A DNA stretch of 64,000 nucleotides from Syntrophales bacterium (GTDB lineage Bacteria; Desulfobacterota; Syntrophia; Syntrophales; UBA6807), in assembly GCA_040767195.1 (NCBI GenBank), contig JAXGPA010000007.1:52764-116763 (forward strand), written 5' to 3'. Positions within the stretch are counted from its first letter, which is position 1; each line of letters starts with the position of its first letter. The position numbers were made by a program, and so were the translations under genes. The notes under the pieces were generated by a model. That model had not been told where the DNA came from, did not search any database, and saw only the letters and a list, made by a program, of their open reading frames with translations. Below, piece by piece: positions 9,319-19,373 of the stretch.

Positions 9319-11241
9319 TTACTTCACTTCCTCGAAATCGGCGTCCACCACGTCGTCGTCCCCTTTGCCCGCCGCCCCGGGCTGCGGGCCTTCAGGCCCC
9401 GCTCCCGGACCGGCCCCGGGACCGCCCTGCTGGGCCGACGCCTTGGCGTACATGGCCTCGGCAAGCTTGTGGGTCGCCTGGGTCAGTTCTTCCTGGGCCT
9501 TGCGGATGGCTTCCGCGTCGTCTCCGTTCAATGTTTCCTTGACCTTCTTCACGGCGTCCTCGATCCGGGAACGTTCCCCGGCGTCGATCTTGTCGCCGAA
9601 TTCCTTCAGGTTCTTCTCAACGGTGTAAACGAGGGCGTCCGCCTGGTTTCTCGCCTCGATGAGATCTTTTTTCTTCGTGTCCTCGTCGGCATGGGCCTCG
9701 GCGTCCTTCACGAGACGCTGGATTTCCTCATCCGTCAGGCCGCTCGACGACGTGATCCGGATGCTCTGCTCCTTCCCCGTGCCCAGGTCCTTGGCGGAAA
9801 CGTGGACGATACCGTTGGCGTCGATGTCGAAAGTCACCTCGACCTGGGGAACGCCCCGGGGGGCCGGCGGAATGCCGACGAGCTCGAAGCGGCCGAGGGT
9901 CTTGTTGTCCGGCGCCATGGGACGCTCTCCCTGGAGAACGTGGATGCTCACCGCCGGCTGGTTGTCCGCGGCGGTGGAGAAGATCTGGCTTTTGCGCGTG
10001 GGGATGGTCGTGTTCTTCTCGATGAGTTTCGTCATGACGCCGCCCAGGGTCTCGATGCCCAGGGACAGGGGGGTCACGTCGAGAAGGAGGACGTCCTTCA
10101 CGTCGCCCGTCAGGACGCCGCCCTGGATCGCGGCGCCCACGGCCACCACCTCATCGGGATTGACCCCCTTGTGGGGGTCCTTGCCGAAGATTTCCTTGAC
10201 CTTCTGCTGAACCTTGGGCATCCGGGTCATGCCGCCTACCAGGATCACCTCGTCGATGTCCCGGGCCGAGAGGCCCGCGTCTTTCAGGGCCGTCCGGCAG
10301 GGTCCTTCCACCTTGGCGATGAGGTCCTCCACGAGCATCTCGAGCTTGGCCCGGGAAAGCCTCATGGTGAGGTGCTTGGGACCGGAGGCGTCGGCGGTGA
10401 TGAAGGGCAGGTTGATGTCCGTCTCCATGGACGTGGACAGTTCCATCTTGGCTTTTTCCGCCGCTTCCTTGATGCGCTGCAGGGCCATGCGGTCTTTTCG
10501 AAGATCGATGCCCTGGTCCTTCCGGAATTCGTCGGCGACGTAGTCCATGAGCTTCTGGTCGAAGTCCTCACCACCCAGGTGGGTGTCCCCGTTGGTCGAT
10601 TTGACCTCGAAAACGCCGTCTCCCAGTTCGAGGATGGAGATGTCGAAGGTTCCGCCGCCCAGGTCGAAGACGGCTATTTTCTCGTCTTTTTTCTTGTCGA
10701 GACCGTAGGCCAGCGCCGCCGCCGTCGGTTCGTTGATGATCCGCTTGACGTTGAGTCCCGCGATTTTTCCGGCGTCCTTCGTGGCCTGGCGCTGGGAGTC
10801 GTTGAAGTAGGCCGGCACGGTGATGACGGCGTCGTCGATTTTCTCTCCCAGGTAATCTTCGGCGGTCTGTTTCATCTTCGTCAGGACCATGGCCGAGATC
10901 TCCGTGGGACTGTAATTCTTCCCGCGGATGCTCACCTGAGCGTCGCCGTTCGAGGCTTCGGTGATCTTGTAGGGGGCGATCCCCTTGTCGTACTGGGCTT
11001 CCCTGGAGCTGAACTTGCGGCCGATGAGCCTCTTGATGGCGTAGACGGTGTTTTCCGCGTTGGTCACCGCCTGTCTTTTGGCCGCCTGGCCGACAATGCG
11101 GTCGCCGCTCTCGGGGAAGGCCACCATGGACGGCGTGGTCCGGCTTCCTTCCTGGTTCGTTATGACGACGGGGTCCCCCCCCTCCATGACGGCAACGCAG
11201 GAGTTGGTCGTTCCCAGGTCGATTCCGATAATTTTACCCAT
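9319..11241 (-). CDS. dnaK: Chaperone DnaK (Hsp70)
   Basis: [25 protein letters not shown] motifs; C-terminal DADFEEVK. Confidence 0.99.
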   Translation of the reverse strand: MGKIIGIDLGTTNSCVAVMEGGDPVVITNQEGSRTTPSMVAFPESGDRIVGQAAKRQAVTNAENTVYAIKRLIGRKFSSREAQYDKGIAPYKITEASNGDAQVSIRGKNYSPTEISAMVLTKMKQTAEDYLGEKIDDAVITVPAYFNDSQRQATKDAGKIAGLNVKRIINEPTAAALAYGLDKKKDEKIAVFDLGGGTFDISILELGDGVFEVKSTNGDTHLGGEDFDQKLMDYVADEFRKDQGIDLRKDRMALQRIKEAAEKAKMELSTSMETDINLPFITADASGPKHLTMRLSRAKLEMLVEDLIAKVEGPCRTALKDAGLSARDIDEVILVGGMTRMPKVQQKVKEIFGKDPHKGVNPDEVVAVGAAIQGGVLTGDVKDVLLLDVTPLSLGIETLGGVMTKLIEKNTTIPTRKSQIFSTAADNQPAVSIHVLQGERPMAPDNKTLGRFELVGIPPAPRGVPQVEVTFDIDANGIVHVSAKDLGTGKEQSIRITSSSGLTDEEIQRLVKDAEAHADEDTKKKDLIEARNQADALVYTVEKNLKEFGDKIDAGERSRIEDAVKKVKETLNGDDAEAIRKAQEELTQATHKLAEAMYAKASAQQGGPGAGPGAGPEGPQPGAAGKGDDDVVDADFEEVK

Positions 11242-11294
11242 GGAATAAATCCTCCTTTATCTTGACTATTTCAATTAATTCTTTAAAGCGTCGT

Positions 11295-11912
11295 TCACGG
11301 GGCGCCCTTCGAGACGGACACCTTGGAAGGCCTCAAAAGGCGTCCGTTGAGGAGATACCCTTTTTCCAGTTCATCGACGACCCGTCCGCCTTCTCCTTCC
11401 GGCGTTTTCACCTCGTAGAGGGCTTCGTGAAAATTGGGGTCGAACGGTTCACCCTTCGCCTCGATGGGCTTCACCCCGTGATTTTCCAGGGCCTGAAGAA
11501 ACTGTTTCTCCACGAGGCGGATGCCCTCGATGAAAGAGGGGAGATCTTCCGATGTCCCGGCATGCTCCAGGGCCCTTCCGATGCTATCCAGAACGGGAAG
11601 AAGGGCCTTGATGAGATTTTCGTTTCCGTACTGGAGAAGATCGGTCTTCTCCCGGGCCATTCTTTTCCTGTAATTTTCAAACTCCGCATAGGTGCGAAGG
11701 TATTTGTCGTAATGTTCCGCCGCTTCCTGTCTCAATTTTTCCACGTCATCCGGGGATGGTTCCACCGAGGCCTCGTGGACGGGTTCCTCCATGTCCGACT
11801 CTTCCGCGGTGTTCGGTTCCTTTTCCCGCAGTTCTTCCTGCTCCTCCCGATGCTTCATCCTTTCGGCTGTTCCTTTCCTTTGTTTCCGGTCCTGCCGCTT
11901 TTTCCGTTTCAT
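11295..11912 (-). CDS. grpE: Nucleotide exchange factor GrpE (start may be the downstream ATG, MKHREEQ)
   Basis: AEFENYRKR, FDPNFHEA and GYLLNGRLLRPSKVSV motifs; immediately upstream of dnaK. Confidence 0.95.
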   Translation of the reverse strand: MKRKKRQDRKQRKGTAERMKHREEQEELREKEPNTAEESDMEEPVHEASVEPSPDDVEKLRQEAAEHYDKYLRTYAEFENYRKRMAREKTDLLQYGNENLIKALLPVLDSIGRALEHAGTSEDLPSFIEGIRLVEKQFLQALENHGVKPIEAKGEPFDPNFHEALYEVKTPEGEGGRVVDELEKGYLLNGRLLRPSKVSVSKGAP

Positions 11913-12493
11913 CCCAACTCAGGTTTCTGAAAAAGCCGGTAGTCCACCAGCTGGCAGATGACGTGGCCCGTGGTGATGTGCACTTCCTGGATCCTGGGAA
12001 CGCTTTTCGATGGAACGGACAGGACATGATCGGCCACCTTTCCAGCCTCTCCCCCGTCCTTGCCCGTGAAAGCGACGGTGACCAGGTTCATCTTTCGGGC
12101 CGTTTCGAGACCCCTGACGACATTGGGGGAGGACCCGCTCGTCGTGAGTCCCCAGGCGATGTCGTGCTCCCGTCCCAGGGCCCGGATCTGTTTCGCGAAA
12201 ATGTCCGCGAAATCGTAGTCGTTTCCGATGCTCGTCAGAACGGAGCTGTCCGCGGCCAGGGAAAGGGCGGGAAGCGGGGGGCGTTCGATCATGAAACGGT
12301 TGACAAACTCCGCCGCGATGTGCTGGGCGTCGGCCGCGCTGCCGCCGTTTCCGAACAGGAGAATCTTGCGCCCTTCCTTGAGGGCCCTGATGACCGCCTC
12401 GGCGACGCGGACGATTTTCCCGCAGTTCTCCGAAACGAACAGCTCCTTGACGTGCGTGCTTTCGCGGAAAGCGCCGAGAACGATCTCTTCCAT
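11909..12493 (-). CDS. gmhA: Phosphoheptose isomerase
   Basis: GNGGSAADAQHIAAEF, GNDY, TTSGSS and RIQEVH motifs. Confidence 0.93.
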   Translation of the reverse strand: MEEIVLGAFRESTHVKELFVSENCGKIVRVAEAVIRALKEGRKILLFGNGGSAADAQHIAAEFVNRFMIERPPLPALSLAADSSVLTSIGNDYDFADIFAKQIRALGREHDIAWGLTTSGSSPNVVRGLETARKMNLVTVAFTGKDGGEAGKVADHVLSVPSKSVPRIQEVHITTGHVICQLVDYRLFQKPELG

Positions 12494-12561
12494 CTCCGCC
12501 TGAAAAATTCCTCCTCCTGTAAAGGGTCAGGGAAAACAAACGATTCTTTAATGTTGACCAT

Positions 12562-12590
12562 AATATAAGAATCGCCTTGGGCGGTGTCAA
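12562..12590 (-). promoter_or_regulatory. Sigma70-type promoter for gmhA-grpE-dnaK
   Basis: Minus strand TTGACA-17 nt-TATATT. Confidence 0.65.
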
Positions 12591-12602
12591 GGAAGGGGGG
12601 GT

Positions 12603-12659
12603 AAAAAAATAGCGTCTGCAAAGGGGCGGGCGAACGATGCACGGCCCTTTGCAGGCGCC
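12603..12659 (-). terminator. Intrinsic terminator after the CheR-like gene
   Basis: 16-bp arms GCGTCTGCAAAGGGGC / GCCCCTTTGCAGGCGC (one mismatch), followed on the minus strand by TATTTTTTT. Confidence 0.7.
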
Positions 12660-12690
12660 CCGCCGGTGCCGCTTTCAGGGGAACGGTCCG

Positions 12691-13533
12691 TTACCGGCCT
12701 GCCCCGGTCCCGGGAAGCGTCCTTTCTGGAAGAAACGCCGTTTTACTGAAAAGAAAAGGGACTCTTTCGTGGATTTCCAGGCCCTCCAGGAACGGTCCCG
12801 GCGATTCCTTCCTGCCGATGACGAGATACCCCCCGGGGCGAATGGTCTGCAGGACCGTCCGAACGGCGGCCCCGATTTTTTCGGTTCGTCCGTAAGTGAG
12901 AAGACTGTTTCTCAGGAAGACGAGATGGTGCGGACCCGCCGGCGGGGGGTCACGGAGAAGGTCGTGGACCCGCCACGCGATACCCCCTTTCAGGCTTTCG
13001 TCGACGGTGGTCGTCATTCCGTCCCCAGTCGGATGAAAGAAGGAACGGCGCCATCGTTCGGGGATCGTCCGGATAACCCGTTCCGGAAAGCGTCCCTGGA
13101 CAGCCTTTTCGAGGAGGGAGGGGTCGACATCTGTGGCAAGAATCGCCACGGCCGGGAAATCCCCGAATCGTCTTTTCAGGATCGTTCCGATGATGGCGAT
13201 ACTGTAAGCCTCCTGCCCCATGGCGCATCCAGCGGACCAGACCCGGAGGGGTTCCCCGGAGCCCCTGAATTTTGGGAGGACCTCGTCTTCCAGGGTTTCC
13301 CAGAGATCCCAATCCCGGAAAAACCGGCTGACGGAAACGGAAAGAAGCCTCTCAGCCTCCCTGGCCCGGCAGGGGTCTCCCGCCAGAAGATGGAGATACC
13401 CGCCCACGGAGGAACAGCCCAGGTCGGACATGTGCCGGGCGACCCGCCGCTTCACCCCTTTGCGCACCCGGCGGTACCCCCGCCAGGAGAGATGAAAGAA
13501 GTCGAGAACGGCCTTGAAATCCTCGTCCCGCAT
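12691..13533 (-). CDS. CheR-family SAM-dependent methyltransferase (orphan)
   Basis: SRFFRD, RVWSAGCAMGQEAYS, ATDVD, FLRNSLLTY and PGGYLVIG motifs. Confidence 0.85.
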   Translation of the reverse strand: MRDEDFKAVLDFFHLSWRGYRRVRKGVKRRVARHMSDLGCSSVGGYLHLLAGDPCRAREAERLLSVSVSRFFRDWDLWETLEDEVLPKFRGSGEPLRVWSAGCAMGQEAYSIAIIGTILKRRFGDFPAVAILATDVDPSLLEKAVQGRFPERVIRTIPERWRRSFFHPTGDGMTTTVDESLKGGIAWRVHDLLRDPPPAGPHHLVFLRNSLLTYGRTEKIGAAVRTVLQTIRPGGYLVIGRKESPGPFLEGLEIHERVPFLFSKTAFLPERTLPGTGAGR

Positions 13534-13653
13534 TTGTCATGACCCCGATATGCCCGGTTCTTTCAGCGGCCCGCCACGCCCCGGGGACGGGGGTGCCTGC
13601 AGGGGGTTCAGCCTGCTCTCAAGGCCCTGTTCCGCCGGGAATATCTTTACGGT

Positions 13654-14175
13654 TCAGGATACCCACCGGCTTCCGGAGAAGAAGAACTGGGCGATGAGGC
13701 CGGCGAGAGGGGGAAAGAAAAAGGTGCAGGCCAGCCGGACGAGGGTGAACTTCCATCCCAGGATGCCCACCTCCATGGGCAGCCGGGCGACGGCCCAGAG
13801 GGACCAGGCCGTGAGAAAGGCGACCATGGTGCCCACGCCGGCGCCCGCCTTGAGAAGCCCTGCCGCGATGGGGAGGTTGATGTAGGGTCCTCCCGGTGAA
13901 AGTCCACCGGCGACGGCACCGATGAGAATGCCCCGGACACCCGACTCGGCGCCCACCCACCGGGCAAGCTGTTCTCCCGGCATGAGGGTCTGGACCATCC
14001 CCGCGACGATGAAGGCGAAAACGAGCAGGGGGAGGATCTCCAGGGTCAGCTTCAGGGAGAATCGAAGCCCCGCCAGGTGTTCACCCGCGCCGCGGGTGTA
14101 TCCGATCCACAGAAGGACGAGGGCGAGAACCCCCATGACGATGGTGGGCCCGAGCATCTGACTGTTCCTCCTCAT
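13654..14175 (-). CDS. Short permease (DUF318/ArsP-like half)
   Basis: Hydrophobic; GGLSPGGPY, GAGVGTMVAFL and PMEVGILG motifs. Confidence 0.75.
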   Translation of the reverse strand: MRRNSQMLGPTIVMGVLALVLLWIGYTRGAGEHLAGLRFSLKLTLEILPLLVFAFIVAGMVQTLMPGEQLARWVGAESGVRGILIGAVAGGLSPGGPYINLPIAAGLLKAGAGVGTMVAFLTAWSLWAVARLPMEVGILGWKFTLVRLACTFFFPPLAGLIAQFFFSGSRWVS

Positions 14176-14193
14176 GATTTTTCACTCCAGGAG

Positions 14194-14359
14194 TGATGAA
14201 CTCGTAAAAACTCGAAAAATGTTCCGTTACAGACGGCTTTGTAAAAAGATCCAGAGGCAAGGCGCCCAAGTCCCGAGGAATGAGACGTACTTATTGGTAC
14301 GTCGCAATGACGAGGGATGAAGGGCAACGCAGCATATGGATCTTTTTACGAAGTCGTCA
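14194..14359. mobile_element. MITE-like palindromic repeat element
   Basis: 22-bp inverted repeats GACGGCTTTGTAAAAAGATCCA (14232-14253) / TGGATCTTTTTACGAAGTCGTC (14337-14358); internal hairpin GACGTAC-TTATTG-GTACGTC; extra left-end copy TGATGAACTCGTAAAAA at 14194. Lower GC than the flanks, non-coding. Confidence 0.75.
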
Positions 14360-15161
14360 GGAGCGACTTCCAGACCGTCCCTTCGAGAAAGCTCCCCGGG
14401 ACGTGCTCTTCCATTTCCAGGAACATCCGGTAAGGGACGGTGAACGTCAGCTTGTCCTTTCCCAGGAGCCTCCCCGTGTATTTCCTGGCGGAAATGTCCG
14501 TCATTCCCACCACGGCCCGGGGATTCGGGGAGCGGGCTTCGCGGTAGGGAATGATCCCCATGGTCTGGCATCCCGCGGCATAGGGAATGATGACGTTGTC
14601 CATGTCTTCCCGGCCGTAGTTGGCCAGGATGGTCAGGGCGGAAAGCTGGTCCGGGTTGACGAAAAAAACGATGACGACGGGCTCTTCCCCCGGGTCCGTT
14701 TCCGCGATCGGTTTCAGGACGACAAAGGAGGCGGGGATGTCCGTCATGGGAAGTTTCTCGATGAAGGACCGGACCAGCTCCGGTGACCGGATGTACCGTT
14801 CCCCGTGAAGAAAGTCATCGATGAATTCTTTCCGGGTATAGGGACCGAGGGCTTCGGCTATTTTTTCACCTTCCCCGCAGCCCGCGTTCCCCGTGGAAAG
14901 GAAACGGCAGAAACCCTCGAGCCCTCCTGGGAAATCGAGATACCGGTTCCCGAACCCCAGCCCGACCCCGCCGCCGAAGCAGCCGAAGGTTTCCCGGGAG
15001 AAACAGGCGGTCCGGCCTTTTGCCGCCGCCGCCGCCATGGCCATGACGCATCCCCATTTCCCCGGTGCGAACTGAAGGGCGTTTTCCGGCCTCTCGTCCT
15101 TCCACAGGAGGGCAAGAGGCGAAAAATCCAGGCGAAGACGTCCGGCGATCCTGCTTTCCAT
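14346..15161 (-). CDS. DUF169 family protein
   Basis: From ATG 15161 (MESRIAG): WGCVM, FGCFGGGVGLGFG, NPDQLSAL, AAGCQ and GMTDISAR motifs. Confidence 0.8.
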   Translation of the reverse strand: MESRIAGRLRLDFSPLALLWKDERPENALQFAPGKWGCVMAMAAAAAKGRTACFSRETFGCFGGGVGLGFGNRYLDFPGGLEGFCRFLSTGNAGCGEGEKIAEALGPYTRKEFIDDFLHGERYIRSPELVRSFIEKLPMTDIPASFVVLKPIAETDPGEEPVVIVFFVNPDQLSALTILANYGREDMDNVIIPYAAGCQTMGIIPYREARSPNPRAVVGMTDISARKYTGRLLGKDKLTFTVPYRMFLEMEEHVPGSFLEGTVWKSLLTTS

Positions 15162-15324
15162 GGTTGACCCCCTGCGATGCGTTTTCCCGATTCTACCCCG
15201 ATGTCTCCCCCCGTTCAAGGGGTCGTTGAGAAGGGTCCGTTTTTCGGGCCGCCGGTTTTCTTCTTGACGGGAAAACAAAAGGGGTTTAGTTCATGGCCGT
15301 GAAAGAAAGAACCCGAGGAAGAAA

Positions 15325-17484
15325 ATGACTTCGTCCAACCCGCTCAAAACCATCATGAGTCCCCGATCCATTGCCATTCTCGGGGCAAGCGGCAATATCG
15401 CCAACATGGGATCCATCCAGTGCGTCAATCTCATCGGGGGCGGCTATCCCGGGGAAATTCTACCCGTCCACCCCCGGGAAAAAACGGTCCTGGGCCGGAA
15501 GGCCTGGCCCTCCATCTCCGATCTGCCTTACCCGCCCGACCTGGCCGTTCTCGTCGTCCCGCCCCGGCTCGTCCCGGAGATGCTAACCGACTTCGGCCGC
15601 CTGGGAACCCGCCATGCCGTCATCATCAGCGGCGGGTTCAGGGAAACGGGAGAAGGGGGAAAAGACCTGGAGAAACGGATCACGGACATTGCCGGGGAAT
15701 ACGGCATGCGGTTCGTCGGCCCTAACTGCGTCGGGATTCTCAACACGGAGCTGCCTCTCAACCTCACCGTTTTTCCCGCGCACGACCTGGACGGCAAGCT
15801 CGGCATGATTTCCCAGAGCGGAACCTACGTCACCCAGAACCTGGCCTGGCTCCACCGCCGGGGCATCGCCCTGAGCAAGGCGGTGAGCGTGGGGAACGAG
15901 GCGAACATCGACATCGTGGACTGCCTCGAGTTTCTCGGGGCCGACGAAAAGACGAGGGCCATCGGTCTTTACATCGAGGGAATCCGCCGGGCCTCCCGTT
16001 TTCTCGAGGTGGCCCGGGAGATCACGAAAACGAAGCCCGTCGTGGCCCAGTACGTGGGAGGGACGGAGGCGGGGGCCCGGTCGGGGTCGAGCCACACCGG
16101 GGCCATCGCCGGGCCGGACTTCGTTTACCAGGGTCTTTTCGACCAGGCGGGAATCATCGCCGTCGACTCGATCGAGGACGTTTTCCGGACGGGGTGGGCC
16201 CTGGCGTCCCAGCCCCCCCTGAAAGGGAAACGAATCGCCGTCCTGACCAATTCCGGCGGCCCCGGCACGGCGGCGTCGAACACCCTGAACAAGCTTGGTC
16301 TCGATGTTCCCGAGTTTTCCGAAAAAACGCAAAAAGCCATCGCGCCCTACATTCCCGGTCAGGCCAGCGCCCGGAACCCCGTCGATCTGACCTTTCACCT
16401 GGACATGTCCACCCTGGCCGAGACACTGCCCGGAATTGTTTTCGAGGAAGAGGACATCGACGGGGTCATCATCCACGGGATCATGGACTCCGGTTTCCTC
16501 GACGAGCTGTTCCCGGTGATCCGCAAGGTTCTCGCCCTGGGGGAGAACGACGTCCTGCCCATGCCGGAAACAGACCTGGAGCCCCTGGCGGCCATGCCCG
16601 GCCGTTACGGCAAACCCCTTCTCGTCAACTCCTTTTTCGGTAAAGAGGACCGGTGTGTCCGGATCTTTCACGAAAAGGGCATTCCCGTCTTCGACGCCCC
16701 GGAAAAAGCCGCCCGGGCCATGGGGGCTTTCCATCGCCATTACCGGATCCGGAACCGGAACCTGGGCCTGCCTGTCCGTGGTGACGCTCCTCCCCCTCGG
16801 GAAGCCCGGGACATCCTGGGCGCCGCGGCCCCGGGTCCCCTGGACGAGTACCGGGCCAAGCGGGTCCTGGCGGCTTATGGCATCCCCGTCGTCGCCGAGT
16901 TCCTGGCGGAAACCCTGCCGGAGGCCCTGGAGGCCGCGGGAAGGATCGGGTATCCTGTCGTCCTGAAGGGGTGTTCGTCCCATGTCCTCCACAAGACGGA
17001 AAAAGGCCTGGTGCGACTGAACATTCGAACGGACGACGAACTTGCCCGGGCGTTCGATGGCATCCGGGAAAGGGAACCGGGCATTGCCCTTCTCGTGTCG
17101 GAAATGATCCGGGGAGACCGGGAATTCCTGGCCGGCGTGACCGGCGCTCCCGGGTTTCCGCCGTGCGTTCTTTTCGGTCTCGGGGGCGTTTACGCGGAGG
17201 CCCTGAAGGACCACCAGGTCCGATTGGCCCCGCTTTGCCCGGGGGACGCTTTCGAGATGATGGCGTCCCTTCGCTCCCGTGATCTCCTCGGGGCCTGCCG
17301 GGGCATGGACCCCGTCGACCGGGAGTCCCTGGCGTCCATCCTGGTGTCCCTGGGGCGACTGGCCCTGGACTTTCCCATCATCTCCGAAATGGACCTGAAC
17401 CCGATCATCATCGCCGAGGGAAAACCCCGGGTGGCGGATGCCCTTTTCATACTGGGACAGGCGGGCCCTTCGCGGTGGGCTTGA
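15325..17484 (+). CDS. Acetate--CoA ligase (ADP-forming) family, fused alpha/beta
   Basis: SPRSIAILGAS, GPNCVG, SQSG, SHTGAIAG (phospho-His), NPVDL, HKTEKG and DLNP ATP-grasp motifs. Confidence 0.92.
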   Translation: MTSSNPLKTIMSPRSIAILGASGNIANMGSIQCVNLIGGGYPGEILPVHPREKTVLGRKAWPSISDLPYPPDLAVLVVPPRLVPEMLTDFGRLGTRHAVIISGGFRETGEGGKDLEKRITDIAGEYGMRFVGPNCVGILNTELPLNLTVFPAHDLDGKLGMISQSGTYVTQNLAWLHRRGIALSKAVSVGNEANIDIVDCLEFLGADEKTRAIGLYIEGIRRASRFLEVAREITKTKPVVAQYVGGTEAGARSGSSHTGAIAGPDFVYQGLFDQAGIIAVDSIEDVFRTGWALASQPPLKGKRIAVLTNSGGPGTAASNTLNKLGLDVPEFSEKTQKAIAPYIPGQASARNPVDLTFHLDMSTLAETLPGIVFEEEDIDGVIIHGIMDSGFLDELFPVIRKVLALGENDVLPMPETDLEPLAAMPGRYGKPLLVNSFFGKEDRCVRIFHEKGIPVFDAPEKAARAMGAFHRHYRIRNRNLGLPVRGDAPPPREARDILGAAAPGPLDEYRAKRVLAAYGIPVVAEFLAETLPEALEAAGRIGYPVVLKGCSSHVLHKTEKGLVRLNIRTDDELARAFDGIREREPGIALLVSEMIRGDREFLAGVTGAPGFPPCVLFGLGGVYAEALKDHQVRLAPLCPGDAFEMMASLRSRDLLGACRGMDPVDRESLASILVSLGRLALDFPIISEMDLNPIIIAEGKPRVADALFILGQAGPSRWA

Positions 17485-17657
17485 AAAGGGCGAAAAGGAA
17501 GACCCCTCCGGCGGTGGGCCCGAAGCCCCGCGAAACCCGGTGGTGCGAGAGGCACGGCTACGTCATCGACATCGACGCCTGCCGGTCGAGGGCTCGAAAG
17601 AACCCGCGCTGCCGCCGCTGTTACAGCCGGTGGCGGCAGATCCCGCTACCCCTTTAG
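17481..17657 (+). CDS. Small basic Cys-rich hypothetical protein (possible Zn finger)
   Basis: TTG start overlaps the upstream TGA (TTGA); CxxH-x8-C-x9-CxxC pattern; fills the gap before a convergent gene. Confidence 0.5.
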   Translation: MKRAKRKTPPAVGPKPRETRWCERHGYVIDIDACRSRARKNPRCRRCYSRWRQIPLPL

Positions 17658-17679
17658 GGAAGGTCTCCTGTCGGAATTT

Positions 17680-19356
17680 TCATGGTTTCGTCATTCGGGA
17701 CCCGATCCAGGAAACGGCCGCCACGAGGGTCGTGGAAATGAGGATCATGATGATTCCCAGGGCGGAAAGCCTTCCCCACAGGCCGTCTTCGGCGAACCGG
17801 AGGATCTGTACGGCGAGAACCTCCGTCCCCGGCCGGGAGAGAACGACGGACAGGCTCAGTTCCCGGACGAACATGGTGGCCATGAGGATCCAGCCCGAAA
17901 CGATGCCGGGGATCAGAAGGGGGATGACAATCCGGCGCAGGGTGTAAAAGGTTCCGCCGCCGCACACCCGGGAAGACTCCTCCAGGTGGCTGTGGATCTG
18001 GATGAAGGCACTGGTCATCGGCCGGATGCCATAGGGGAGGTACGTGGCGATGTACCCGATGAGAAGGGCCCAGATCGTTGCGTAAAGGGGTGTCTGGACG
18101 AAAAACCACATGAACCCCACGCCGATGACGATCCCGGGAAAGGAGAAGGAGAGGAAGCTCAAGGTTTCGAGGATACCCGAGGCGGCCGTCCGGACCTTGA
18201 CGATGGTGTAGGAAACGAAGACGGACAGGATCACCCCCAGGGTCGCGCCGGCGACGCCGAGAAAAAGGCTGTTTTTCAGCGAGAGAAGGGAAAGGGGGTC
18301 TTTCAGGACGGCTGTCCAGTGTCTCAGGCTCATCATGGCGAAGGCCTTCGCCCCGGGAACCATCACGTAGGGGACGAGGGAGGTGTAGAGAAGAACGAGG
18401 ACGGGCAGAATGATGAGCAGAAAGGAGAGAGAGGCGACGAAGCCGAAGAGGGGGTAACGGGCTTTTTTCAGGTTGATGACGGCGGGACGGAACCCCCGGC
18501 TTGAAATGGTGACGAATTTCTCACCCTCGGCGGTGAAGTGCCGGTAAACGTAGACGAGGACGATGGAGGTGGCGAGGGCGCTCATGCCCACCGCCGCCGC
18601 GAGGCCGTAGTCGGCGGCAAACCCCGTGGCGATGATGCGGTAGATGTGGGTGGCCAGGACATAGATCCGACCGGGCATGCCGATGATCGAGGGGACGGCG
18701 AAAGAGGCGAGGCTCCGGACGATGACCAGGGTCAGGGCCGCCAGGATGGCGGGGCGGAGAATCGGAAGGGTGACCCGGGCCAGGGTCCTGACATTCGAGG
18801 CCCCGCAGACGCGGGAGGACTCCTCCAGGGAGACGTCGAAGGCCGCCATGGCGGGAGCGATGACCAGGTAGGCGATGGGCAGGTCGAGAAGCCCTTCCAC
18901 CAGGATCATGCCCGACAGGGTGTAGATGTTCAGAAGAGATTTTTCCAGACCGAAAATCCCGTTCAGAAACAGGTTGATCAGGCCGTTTGTCGGGTTCAGG
19001 AGCAGAACCCAGCTCACGGCGAAGAGGATGTGGGGGATCATCATGGGGGTGATGGAGATGATCCGGAAAAGGAATTTGAAGGGGATGTCGGTCCGCGTGT
19101 TCAGATAGGACAGAAGAAGGGCGAGGACGGTGGCGACGACGGCGGAGCCCAGGGTGAAAAGGGCCGTGTTGACCAGGATGTCGGCGAAAGCGGGGTCCGT
19201 GTAGGCCTGGACGTACTTTTCCGCGGTGAAGACGCCGAAGGCCCCGAGCCCCCTGGAAAAGCTCCCGAAGAGTAGCATGACGACGGGACAGACGGTGAGA
19301 AACCCGACGACAGTGATGAGGAAGGGTGTCATTGCCGCTTTCCTCGGTCCCACCAC
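17680..19356 (-). CDS. ABC transporter permease (FbpB/iron-type, two fused domains)
   Basis: Two EAA-like loops (LEESSRVCGA / LEESSRVCGG); about 12 TMs. Confidence 0.92.
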   Translation of the reverse strand: MVGPRKAAMTPFLITVVGFLTVCPVVMLLFGSFSRGLGAFGVFTAEKYVQAYTDPAFADILVNTALFTLGSAVVATVLALLLSYLNTRTDIPFKFLFRIISITPMMIPHILFAVSWVLLLNPTNGLINLFLNGIFGLEKSLLNIYTLSGMILVEGLLDLPIAYLVIAPAMAAFDVSLEESSRVCGASNVRTLARVTLPILRPAILAALTLVIVRSLASFAVPSIIGMPGRIYVLATHIYRIIATGFAADYGLAAAVGMSALATSIVLVYVYRHFTAEGEKFVTISSRGFRPAVINLKKARYPLFGFVASLSFLLIILPVLVLLYTSLVPYVMVPGAKAFAMMSLRHWTAVLKDPLSLLSLKNSLFLGVAGATLGVILSVFVSYTIVKVRTAASGILETLSFLSFSFPGIVIGVGFMWFFVQTPLYATIWALLIGYIATYLPYGIRPMTSAFIQIHSHLEESSRVCGGGTFYTLRRIVIPLLIPGIVSGWILMATMFVRELSLSVVLSRPGTEVLAVQILRFAEDGLWGRLSALGIIMILISTTLVAAVSWIGSRMTKP

Positions 19357-19373
19357 GTTTCCTTCCTTTTCGA

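Noticed and set aside
9469..11265. 598-aa ORF antisense to dnaK
   Set aside because: Familiar shadow ORF opposite Hsp70 genes, produced by codon bias in GC-rich DNA; no independent motifs.
12691..13533. Chemotaxis locus
   Set aside because: The CheR-like gene is alone; no cheA, cheB, cheW or MCP genes are in the window.
14280..14786. 168-aa + strand ORF starting inside the repeat element
   Set aside because: Starts in the MITE-like sequence and runs antisense to the DUF169 gene; no transposase or other motif.
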